A stretch of DNA of 64,000 nt, from the NCBI RefSeq assembly GCF_009914755.1, contig NC_060933.1; one strand, 5' to 3'. The notes under the pieces are model-generated. The model saw nothing but the letters and a program-made list of their open reading frames with translations, was not told where the DNA came from and made no database searches. Position numbers and translations under genes: made by a program. The stretch's first letter is position 1. Every line of letters starts with the position of its first letter. Origin of the DNA: the human T2T-CHM13v2.0 reference genome, Homo sapiens. Positions 40,321-53,300 of the stretch are shown here, one piece after another.

Positions 40321-42793
40321 TGGAATGGAAAGGAATGGAATGGAATGGAATGGAATGGAATGGAATGGAATGGATTCAACCCGAATGGAATGGAAAGGAA
40401 GGGAATCAACCCAAGTGGAATGGCATGGAATGGAATGGAATGGAATGGAATGGAATGGTACCGAATAGAATGGAATGGAACCAAATGGAATAGAATGGAA
40501 TGGAATGGAATGGAATCAACCCGAGTGCAATGGAATGGAGTGGAATGGAATGGAATGGAATGGAAACAACCCGAATGGAATGGAATGAAATGGAGTGTAA
40601 GGGAATTGAATACAATCAATCCGAATGTAATGGAATGGAATGGAACGGAATGGAATGGAATGGAATGGAATGCAGTGGAATGGAATCAAACCTAGTGCAA
40701 TGGAATGGAATGGAATGGAATGGAATGGAATGGAATGGAATGGATTCAATCCAAATGGAATGGAAAGCAATGGAATCAACCCGAGTGGAATGGCATGGAA
40801 TGGAATGGAATGGAATGGAATGGAATGGAATGGAATAGAACGGAATAGAACGGAATGGACAGAAATGGAATGGAATGGAATGGAATGGAACGGAATGGAA
40901 TGGAATCAACTCGATTGCAATGGAATGTAATGGAATGGAATGGAATGCAATTAACGCGAATAGAATGGAATGGAATGGAAAGGAACGGAATGGAATGGAA
41001 TGGAATGGAATCGAATGGAATCAACCTGAGTGCAGGGGAATGGAATGGAATGGAATGCAATGGAATGTAATGGAATGGAATGCAATGGAATCAACTCGAC
41101 TGCAATGGGATGGAATGGAATGGAATGGAAGGGAAAGGAATAGAATGGAATTAACCTGAACAGAATGGAATGGAATGGAATGGAACGGAATGGAATGGAA
41201 CGGAATGGAATGGAATGGAATGGAATCGAATGGAATCAACCTGAGTGCAGGGGAATGGAATGGAATGGAATGCAATGGAATGTAATGGAATGGAATGCAA
41301 TGGAATCAACTCGACTGCAATGGGATGGAATGGAATGGAATGGAATTGAAGGGAAAGGAATAGAATGGAATTAACCTGAACAGAATGGAATGGAATGGAA
41401 TGGAACGGAATGGAATGGAACGGAATGGAATGGAATGGAATGGAATGAACCCGTGTGCAATGGAATGGAATGGAATGGAATGGAATGGAATGGAATGGAA
41501 TGGAATGGGTTCAACTCGAATGGAATGGAAAGGAATGGAATCAACACGAGTGGAATGGCATGGAATGGAATGGAATGGAATGGAATGGAATGGAATGAAA
41601 TGGAATGGAATGGAATGGAATGGAATCAACCCGAGTGCAGTGTAATGGAATCGAATGGAATGGAATGGAAAGGAATGGATTCAACACGAATGTAATGGAA
41701 AGGAATGGAATAAACCCGCGTGGAATGGCATGGAATGGAGTGGAATGGAATGAAATGTAAAGGAATGGAATGGAATGGAATCAACCCGAGTGCAATGTAA
41801 TGGAATGGAATGGAATGGAATGGAATGGAATGGATTCAACCAGAATGGAATGGAAAGGAATGGAATAAACCCGAGTGGAATGGCATGGAATGGAGTGGAA
41901 TGGAATGGAATGGAATGGAATGGAATGGAATGGTACGGAATAGAATGGAATGGAAGGAAATGGAATGGAATGGAATGGAATGGAATGGAATGGAATGGAA
42001 TGAACCCATGTGCAATAGAATGGAATCGAATGGAATGGAATGGATTGGAATGGATTGAACTCGAATGGAATGGAAAGGAATGGAATCAACCCGAGTGGAA
42101 TGGCATGGAATGGAATGGAATGGAATGGAATGGAATGGAATGGAATGGAATGGTACGGAATAGAATGGAAAGGAACGAAATGGAATGGAATGAAATGGAA
42201 TGGAATGGAATGGAATGGAATGGAATCAACCCGAGTGCAGGGGAATGGAATGGAGTTGAAAGCAATGGAATGGAATCATCCGGAATGGAATGGAATGGAA
42301 TGGAATGGAATGGAATGGAATGGAATGGAATTAAACCGAATAGAATGGAATGGAATGGAATGGAAGTAAATGGAATGGAAGGTAATGAACCCGAGTGCAG
42401 GACAATGGAATGGAATGGAATGGAATGCAATGGAATGGAGTCATCCGGAATGGAACGGAGAGGAACGGAATGGAACCAACCCGTGTGCAATGGAATGGAA
42501 AGGAATGGAATGGAATGGAATGGAATGGAATGGATTCAACCCGAATGGAATGGAAAGGAAGGGAATCAACCCAAGTGGAATGGCATGGAATGGAATGGAT
42601 TGGAATGGAATGGAATGGAATGGTACCGAATAGAATGGAATGGAAGGAAATGGAATAGAATGGAATGGAATGGAATGCAATCAACCCGAGTGCAATGGAA
42701 TGGAGTGGAATGGATTGGAATGGAATGGAAACAACCTGAATGGAATGGAATGAAATGGAGTGTAAGGGAATTGAATACAATCAATCCGAATGT

Positions 42794-45700
42794 AATGGAA
42801 TGGAATGGAATGGAACGGAATGGAATGGAATGGAATGGAATGGAATGCAGTGGAATGGAATCAAACCTAGTGCAATGGAATAGAATGGAATGGAATGGAA
42901 TGGAATGGAATGGAATGGAATGGATTCAACCCAAATGGAATGGAAAGCCATGGAGTCAACCCGAGTGGAATGGCATGGAATGGAATGGAATGGAATGGTA
43001 CGGAATAGAATGCAATGGAACGAAATGGAATGGAATGGAATGGAATGGAATGGAATGGAATGGAATGGAATGCAATCATTCCGAGTGGAATAGAAGGGAA
43101 TGAATTCGACTGGAATGGAAAGGAATGGAATCAACCAGAGTGGAATGGAAGGGAATGGAATGGAATGGAAACTAATAAAATGGAATCAAAACGAGTGGAA
43201 TGGAATGGAAAGGACTTGAATGGAATGGAATGGAATGGAATGGAATGGAATGGAATGGAATGGAATCAACTCGATTGCTATGGAATATAAGGGAATGGAA
43301 TGGAATGGAATTAACCCGAATAGAATGGAATGGAATGGAATGGAATGGAATGGAATCAACCTGAGTGCAGGGGAATGGAATGCAATGGAATGCAATGGAA
43401 TGGAATGGAATGGAATGGAATGCGATGGAATCAACTAGATTGCAATGGAATGGAATGGAATGGAATGGAATGGAATGGAATGGAAGGGAATGGAATGGAA
43501 TGGAATTAACCTGAACAGAATGGAATGGAATGGAATGGAATGGAATGGAATGGAATGGAACGGAATGGAATGGAATGGAATGGAATGGAATCAACCAGAG
43601 TGCAGGGGAATGGAATGGAATGGAATGCAATGGAATGGAATCATCCGGAATGGAATTGAATGGAATGGAATGCAATGGAATGGAATCAATCAACCCGAGT
43701 GCAATGCAATGGAGTGTAATGGAATCGAATGGAATGGAAACTACCCGAATGGAATGGAATGTAATGGAGTGTAAGGGAATTGAAAAGTATCAATCCGAAT
43801 GTAATGGAATGGAATGGAACGGAATGAAATGGAATGGCATGGAATGGAATGGAATCAACCCGAGTGCAATGGAATGGAATTGAACGGAATGGAATGGAAA
43901 GGAATGGATTCAACCCGAATGGAATGGAAAGGAATGTAATAAACCCGAGTGGAATGGCATGGAATGGAATGAAATGGAGTGGAATGGAATGGAATGGAAT
44001 GGAATGGTACGGAATAGAATGGAATGGAACGAAATGGAATAGAATGGAATGGAATGGAATGGAATGAAACCGTGTGCAATGGAATGGAATGGAATGGAAT
44101 GGAATGGAATGGGTTCGACTCGAATGGAATGGAATGGAATGGAATCAACCCGAGTGGAATGGCATGGAATGGAATGGAATGGAATGGAATGGAATGGAAT
44201 GGAAAGGAATGGAAACAACACGAGTGCAATGTAATGGAATCGAATGGAATGGAATGGAATGGAATGGAATGGATTCAACCCGAATGGAATGGAAAGGAAT
44301 GGAATAAACCCGAGTGGAATGGCATGGAATGGAGTCTAATGGAATGGAATGGAATGGAATGGTATGGAATAGAATGGAATGGAACGAAATGGAATGGAAT
44401 GGAATGGAAAGGAATGGAATGGAATGAAATGAACCCGTGTGCAATGGAATGGAATGGAATGGAATGGAATGGAATGGAATGGAATGGAATGGGTTCAACT
44501 CGAATGGAATGGAAAGGAATGGAATCAACCCGAGTAGAATGGCATGGAATGGAATGGAATGGAATGGAATGGAATGGAATGGTACGGAATAGAATGGAAT
44601 GGAGCGAAATGGAATGGAATGGAATGGAATGGAATGGAATGGAGTGGAATGAAATCGTGTGCAATGGAATGGAATGGAATGGAATGGAATGGAATGGAAT
44701 GGAATGGAGTAGAATGGAATGGAATGGAATGGAGTGGAATGGAATGGAATGGGTTCAACTCGAATGGAATGGAAAGGAATGGAATCAACCCGAGTGGAGT
44801 GTCATGGAATGGAATGGAATAGGATGGAATGGAATGGAATGGAATCATCCCGAGTGCAATGTAATGGAATCGAAAGGAATGGAATGGAATGGAATGGAAT
44901 GGATTCAACCCGAATGGAATGAAAAGAAATGGAATAACCCCGAGTGGAATGGCATGGAATGGAGTGGAATTGAATGGAATGGAATGGTACAGAATAGAAT
45001 GGAATGGAACGAAATGGAATGGAATAGAATGGAATGGAATGGAATGGAATGGAATGGAATGGAATGAACCCGTGTGCAATGGAATGGAATGGAATGGAAT
45101 GGAACGGAATGGAATGGAATGGAATGGAATGGAATGCAGTGGAATGGAATCAAACCTAGTGCAATGGAATAGAATGGAATGGAATGGAATGGAATGGAAT
45201 GGAATGGAATGGATTCAACCCAAATGGAATGGAAAGCCATGGAGTCAACCCGAGTGGAATGGCATGGAATGGAATGGAATGGAATGGTACGGAATAGAAT
45301 GCAATGGAACGAAATGGAATGGAATGGAATGGAATGGAATGGAATGGAATGGAATGGAATGCAATCATTCCGAGTGGAATAGAAGGGAATGAATTCGACT
45401 GGAATGGAAAGGAATGGAATCAACCAGAGTGGAATGGAAGGGAATGGAATGGAATGGAAACTAATAAAATGGAATCAAAACGAGTGGAATGGAATGGAAA
45501 GGACTTGAATGGAATGGAATGGAATGGAATGGAATGGAATGGAATGGAATCAACTCGATTGCTATGGAATATAAGGGAATGGAATGGAATGGAATTAACC
45601 CGAATAGAATGGAATGGAATGGAATGGAATGGAATGGAATCAACCTGAGTGCAGGGGAATGGAATGCAATGGAATGCAATGGAATGGAATGGAATGGAAT

Positions 45701-47390
45701 GGAATGCGATGGAATCAACTAGATTGCAATGGAATGGAATGGAATGGAATGGAATGGAATGGAATGGAAGGGAATGGAATGGAATGGAATTAACCTGAAC
45801 AGAATGGAATGGAATGGAATGGAATGGAATGGAATGGAATGGAACGGAATGGAATGGAATGGAATGGAATGGAATGGAATCAACCAGAGTGCAGGGGAAT
45901 GGAATGGAATGGAATGCAATGGAATGGAATCATCCGGAATGGAATTGAATGGAATGGAATGCAATGGAATGGAATCAATCAACCCGAGTGCAATGCAATG
46001 GAGTGTAATGGAATCGAATGGAATGGAAACTACCCGAATGGAATGGAATGTAATGGAGTGTAAGGGAATTGAAAAGTATCAATCCGAATGTAATGGAATG
46101 GAATGGAACGGAATGAAATGGAATGGCATGGAATGGAATGGAATCAACCCGAGTGCAATGGAATGGAATTGAACGGAATGGAATGGAAAGGAATGGATTC
46201 AACCCGAATGGAATGGAAAGGAATGTAATAAACCCGAGTGGAATGGCATGGAATGGAATGAAATGGAGTGGAATGGAATGGAATGGAATGGAATGGTACG
46301 GAATAGAATGGAATGGAACGAAATGGAATAGAATGGAATGGAATGGAATGGAATGAAACCGTGTGCAATGGAATGGAATGGAATGGAATGGAATGGAATG
46401 GAATGGAATGGGTTCGACTCGAATGGAATGGAATGGAATGGAATCAACCCGAGTGGAATGGCATGGAATGGAATGGAATGGAATGGAATGGAATGGAATG
46501 GAATGGAAAGGAATGGAAACAACACGAGTGCAATGTAATGGAATCGAATGGAATGGAATGGAATGGAATGGAATGGATTCAACCCGAATGGAATGGAAAG
46601 GAATGGAATAAACCCGAGTGGAATGGCATGGAATGGAGTCTAATGGAATGGAATGGAATGGAATGGTATGGAATAGAATGGAATGGAACGAAATGGAATG
46701 GAATGGAATGGAAAGGAATGGAATGGAATGAAATGAACCCGTGTGCAATGGAATGGAATGGAATGGAATGGAATGGAATGGAATGGAATGGAATGGGTTC
46801 AACTCGAATGGAATGGAAAGGAATGGAATCAACCCGAGTAGAATGGCATGGAATGGAATGGAATGGAATGGAATGGAATGGTACGGAATAGAATGGAATG
46901 GAGCGAAATGGAATGGAATGGAATGGAATGGAATGGAATGGAGTGGAATGAAATCGTGTGCAATGGAATGGAATGGAATGGAATGGAATGGAATGGAATG
47001 GAATGGAGTAGAATGGAATGGAATGGAATGGAGTGGAATGGAATGTAATGGGTTCAACTCGAATGGAATGGAAAGGAATGGAATCAACCCGAGTGGAGTG
47101 TCATGGAATGGAATGGAATAGGATGGAATGGAATGGAATGGAATCATCCCGAGTGCAATGTAATGGAATCGAAAGGAATGGAATGGAATGGAATGGAATG
47201 GATTCAACCCGAATGGAATGAAAATAAATGGAATAACCCCGAGTGGAATGGCATGGAATGGAGTGGAATTGAATGGAATGGAATGGTACAGAATAGAATG
47301 GAATGGAACGAAATGGAATGGAATAGAATGGAATGGAATGGAATGGAATGGAATGGAATGGAATGAACCCGTGTGCAATGGAATGGAATG
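42794..47390. repeat. Tandem duplication, ~2.29-kb unit x2, nested in copy 1 of the 9.5-kb repeat
   Basis: ORF offsets are 2289 (42867/45156, 43834/46123) to 2299 (44719/47018). The junction is near 45070-45085. The homologous segment is single-copy at ~54440-56890. Confidence 0.9.
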
Positions 47391-50300
47391 GAATGGAATG
47401 GAATGGAATGGAATGGAATGGAATGGATTCAACTCGAATGGAATGGAAGGGAAAGGAATCAACCCGAGTGGAATGGCATGGAATGGAGTGGAATGGAATG
47501 CAATGGAATGGAATGGAATAGAATGGAATGGAATGGAATGGTACAGAATAAAATGGAATGGAACGAAATGGAATGGAATGAAATGGAATGGAATGGAATG
47601 GAATGGAATGGAACGGAATGGAATGGTATGGAATGGAATGGAATGGAATGGAATGGTACGGAATATAATGGAATGGAACGAAATGGAATGGAATGAAATG
47701 GAATGGAATGGAATGTAATCAACCCGAGTGCAGGGGAATGGAATGGAATTGAAGGCAATGGAATGGAATCATCCGGAATTGAATGGAATGGAATGGAATC
47801 AACTCGATTGCAATGGAATGGAATGGAATGGAATGTAATGGAATGGAATGGAATGGAATTAACCCGAATAGAATGGAATGGAATGGAATGGAATGGAATG
47901 GAATGGAATGGAATGGAATGGAATGGAATCGTTCCGAGTGGAATAGGAGGGAATGTATTCGAGTGGAATGGAAAGGAATGGAATCAACCAGATTGGAATG
48001 GAAGGGAATGGAATGGAATGGAAACTAATAGAATGGAATCAACCCGAGTGGAATGGAATGGAAAGGACTGGAATGGAATTGAATGGAATGGAATTGAATG
48101 GAATCAACTACATTGTAATGGAATGGAATGGAATGGAATGGAATGGAATTAACCCGAATACAATGGAATGGACTAGAATGGAACGGAATGGAGTGGAATG
48201 GAATGGAATCAACCCGAAGTGCAGGGGAATGGAATGGAATGGAATGCAATGGAATGGAATCATCCGGAATGGAATGGAATGGAATGGAATGCAAATCAAT
48301 GGAATCAACTCGATTGCAATGGAATGGAATGGAATGGAAAGGAATAGAACGGATTCAACCCGAGTGTAATGGAATGGAAAGGACTGGAATGGAGTGGAAT
48401 GGAATGGAATGGAATGGAATGGAATCAACTCGATTGGAATGGAATGGAATGGAATGGAAAGGAATGGAATGGAATTAACCCGAATAGAATGGAATGGAAT
48501 GGAATGGAACGGAATGGAATGGAATGGAATGGAATGGAATCAACCCGACTGCAGGGGAATGGAATGGAATGGAATGCAATAGAATGGAATCATCCGGAAC
48601 GGAATGGAATGGAATGGAATGGAATCAACTCGATTGCAATCGAATGGAATGGAATGGAATTAACCCGAATAGAATGGAATGGAATGGAATGGAACGGAAC
48701 AGAATGGAATGGAATGAAATGGAACGGAAAGGAACGGAATGGAATGGAATGGAATGGAATGGAATGGAATCAACGCGAGTGCAGGGGAATGGAATGGAAT
48801 GGAATGCAATGGAATGGAATCTTCCGGAATGGAATGGAATGGAATGGAATGGAATGAAATGCAATGGATTCAACTCGATTGCAATGGAATGGAATGGAAT
48901 GGAATGGAATGGAATGAAATGCAATGGATTCAACTCGATTGCAATGGAATGGAATAGATTGGAATGGAATGGAATGGAATTAACCCGAATAGAATGGAAT
49001 GGAATGGAATGGAACGGAATGGAAGGGAATGGAATGGAATGGAATGGAATGGAATGGAATGGAATGGAATGGAATCAACGCGAGTGCAGGGGAATGTAAT
49101 GGAACGGAATGCAATGGAATGGAATGGAATGGAAAGGAATACATTGGAATCAACCCGAGTGGAATGGAATGGAAAGGACTGGAATGGAGTGGAATGGAAT
49201 GGAATGGAATGGAATGGAATCAACTCGATTGGAATGGAATGGAATGGAATGGTACGGAATAGAATGGAATGGAACGAATTGTAATGGAATGAAATTGAAT
49301 GGAATGGAATGGAATGGAATGGAATCAACGCGAGTGCAGGGGAATGTAATGGAACGGAATGCAATGGAATGGAATCATCCGGAATGGAATGGAATGGAAT
49401 GGAATGGAATGGAATCAACCCGAGTGCAATGGAATGGAGTGTAATGGAATGGAATGGAATGGAACAACCCGAATGGAATGGAATGTAATGGAGAGTAAGG
49501 GAGTTGAATAGAATCAATCCGAATGTAATGGAATGGAATGCAACGGAATGGAATGGAATGGAATGGAATGGAATGCAATGGAATGGAATCAACCGGAGTA
49601 CAATGGAATGGAATGGAATGGAATGGAATGGAATGGAATGGAATGATACGGAATAGAATGGAATGGAACGAAATGGTATGGAATGGAATAGAATGCAATG
49701 GAATGGAATGGAATTGTTCCGAGGGAATAGGAGGGAATGTATTCGAGTGGAATGGAAAGGAATGGAATCAACCAGAGTGGAATGGAAGGGAATGGAATGG
49801 CATGGAAACTAATAGAATGGAATCAACCCGAGTGGAATGGAATGGAAAGGACTGGAATGGAATGGAATGGAATGGAATGGAATGGAATGGAATTAACCCG
49901 AATACAATGGAATGGAATGGAATGGAACGGAATGGAGTGGAATGGAATGGAATCAACCCGAGGGCAGGGGAATGGAATGGAATGGAATGCAATGGAATGC
50001 AATCATCCGGAATGGAATGGAATAGAATGGAATGCAAAGCAATGGAATCAACTCGATTGCAATGGAATGGAATGGAATGGAAAGGAATACATTGGAATCA
50101 ACCCGAGTGGAATGGAATGGAAAGGACTGGAATGGAGTGGAATGGAATGGAATGGAATGGAATGGAATCAACTCGATTGGAATGGAATGGAATGGAATGG
50201 AATGGAATGGAATGGAATGGAATGGAATGGAATTAACCCGAGTAGAATGGAATGGAATGGAATGGAACGGAACGGAACGGAACGGAACGGAATGGAATGG

Positions 50301-53300
50301 AATGGAACAGAACGGAACGGAATGGAATGGAATGGAAAGGAATCAACGCGAGTGCAGGGGAATGAAATGGAATGGAATGAAATGGAATGGAATCTGCCAG
50401 AATGGAATGGAATGGAATGGAATAGAATGGAATGGAATGGAATGGAATGGAATCAACCCGAGTACAGGGGAATGGAATGGAATGTAATGCAATGGAATGG
50501 AATCATCCGTAATGGAATGGAAAGGAATGGAATGGAATGGAATGGAATGCAATGGATTCAACTCGATTGCAATGAAATGGAATAGAATGGAATGGAATGG
50601 AATGGAATGGAATGGAATGGAATTAACCCGAATAGAATGGAATGGAATGGTATGGAACGGAACGGAACGGAACGGAACCGAATTGAATGGAATGGAATGG
50701 AATGGAATGGAATGGAATGGAATGGAATTGTATGGAAGGGAATGGAATGGTACAGAATAGAATGGAATGGAAAGAATTGGAATGGAATGGAATCGAATGG
50801 AATGGAATGGAATGGAATGGAATGGAATGGAATGGAATGGAACCAACCCCAGTGCAATGGAATGGATTGGAATGGAATGGAATGGAATGGAACAACCCGA
50901 ATGGAATGGAATGTAATGGAGAGTAAGGGAGTTGAATAGAATCAATCCGAATGTAATGGAATGGAATGGAATGGAACGGAATGGAATGGAATGGAATTGA
51001 ATGGAATGCAATGGAATGGAATCAACCCGAGTACAATGGAATGGAATGGAAAGGAATGGAATGGAATGGAATGGAATGGAATGGAATGGAATGGAATGGA
51101 ATCAACCCGAGTGCAATGGAATAGAGAGGAAAGGAATGGAATGGAATGGAAACTACCCGAATGGCATGGAATGTAATGAAGTGTAAGGGAATTGAATAGA
51201 ATCAATCCGAATGGCATGGAATGTAATGGAACGGAATGTAATGTAATGGACTGGAATGGAATCAACCCGAGTGCAGGGGAATGGAATGGAATGGAATGCA
51301 ATGGAATGGAATCATCCGGAATGGAATGGAATGGAATGGAATGGAATCAACCCGAGTGCAAAGGAATGGAGTGAAATGGAATGGAATGGAATGGAAACAA
51401 CCAGAATGGATTGGAATATAATGGAGTGTAAGGGAATTGAATAGAATCAATCTGAATGTAATGAAATGGAATGGAACGGAATGGAATGGAATGGAATGGA
51501 ATGGAATGGAATGGAATGCAATGGAATGGAATCAACCCGAGTGCAATCGAATGGAATCGAATGGAATGGAATGCAATGGAATGGATTGAACTTGAATGGA
51601 AAGGAAAGAATGGAATCAACACGAGTGGAATGGCATGGATTGGAATGGAATGGAATGGAATCAACCCGAGTACAGGAGAATGGAATGGAATGGAATGCAA
51701 TGGAATAGAATCATCCGTAATGGAATGGAAAGGAATGGAATGGAATGGAATGGAATGGAATCAACTCGATTGCAATCGAATGGAATGGAATGGAATTAAC
51801 GCGAATAGAATGGAATGGAATGGAATGGAACGGAACGGAATGGAATGGAATGGAACGGAAAGGAATGGAATGGAATGGAATGGAATGGAATGGAATGGAA
51901 TGGAATCAACGCGAGTGCAGGGGAATGGAATGGAATCGAATGGAAAGGAATGGAATGGAATGGAATCAACCCGAGTGCAGGGGAATGTAATGGAACGGAA
52001 TGCAACGGAATGGAATCATCCGGAATGGAATGGAATGGAATGGAATGCAAAGCAATGGAATCAACTCGATTGCAATGGAATGGAATGGAATGGAAAGGAA
52101 TAGAATGGAATCAACCCGAGTGTAATGGAATGGAAAGGACTGGAATGGAGTGGAATGGAATGGAATGGAATGGAATGGAATGGAATCAACTCGATTGGAA
52201 TGGAATGGAATGGAATGGAATGGAATGGAATTAACCCGAATAGAATGGAATGGAATGGAATGGAACGGAATGGAATGGAATGGAATGGAATGGAATGGAA
52301 TGGAATGGAATCATCCGGAACGGAATGGAATGGAATGGAATGGAATCAACTCGATTGCAATGGAATGGAAGGGAATGGAAAGGAATCGAATGTAATGGAA
52401 TGGAATTAACCGGAATAGAATGGAATGGAATGGAATGCAACGGAATGGAATGGAATGGAATGGAATGGAATGGAATGGAATGGAATCAACCCGAGTGCAG
52501 GGGAATGGAATGGAATGGAATGCAATAGAATGGAATCATCCGGAATGGAATGGAATGGAATGGAATGCCATCAACCTGATGCAATGGAATGGAGTGGAGT
52601 GGAATGGAATGGAATGTAAACTACCCGAATGGAATGGAATGTAATGGAGTGTAAGGGAATTGAATAGTATCAATCCGAATGTAATGGAATGGAATGGAAC
52701 GGAATGGAATGGAATGGAATGGAATGCAATGGAATGGAATGGAATCGTTCCGAGTGGAATAGGAGAGAATGTATTCGAGTGGAATGGAAAGGAATGGAAT
52801 CAACCAGAGTGGAATGGAAGGGAATGGAATGGAATGGAAACTAATAGATTAGATTGGAATCAACCCGAGTGGAATGGAATGGAAAGGACTGAAATGGAAT
52901 GGAATGGAATGGAATGGAATCAACTCGATTGTAATGGAATGGAATGGAATGGAATGGAACGGAATGGAATGGAATTAACCCGAATACAATGGAATGGAAT
53001 GGAATGGAATGGAATGGAACGGAATGGAGTGGAATGGAATGGATTCAACCCGAGTGCACGGGAATGGAATGGAATGGAATGCAATGGAATGGAAACATCC
53101 GGAATGGAATGGAATGGAATGGAATGCAAAGCAATGGAATCAACTCGATTGCAATGGAAAAGAATGGAATGGAAAGGAATAGAATGGAATCAACCTGATT
53201 GGAATGGAATGGAAAGGACTGGAATGGAGTGGAATGGAATGGAATGGAATGGAATGGAATGCAATGGAATGGTATGGAATGGAATGGAATGGTACGGAAT

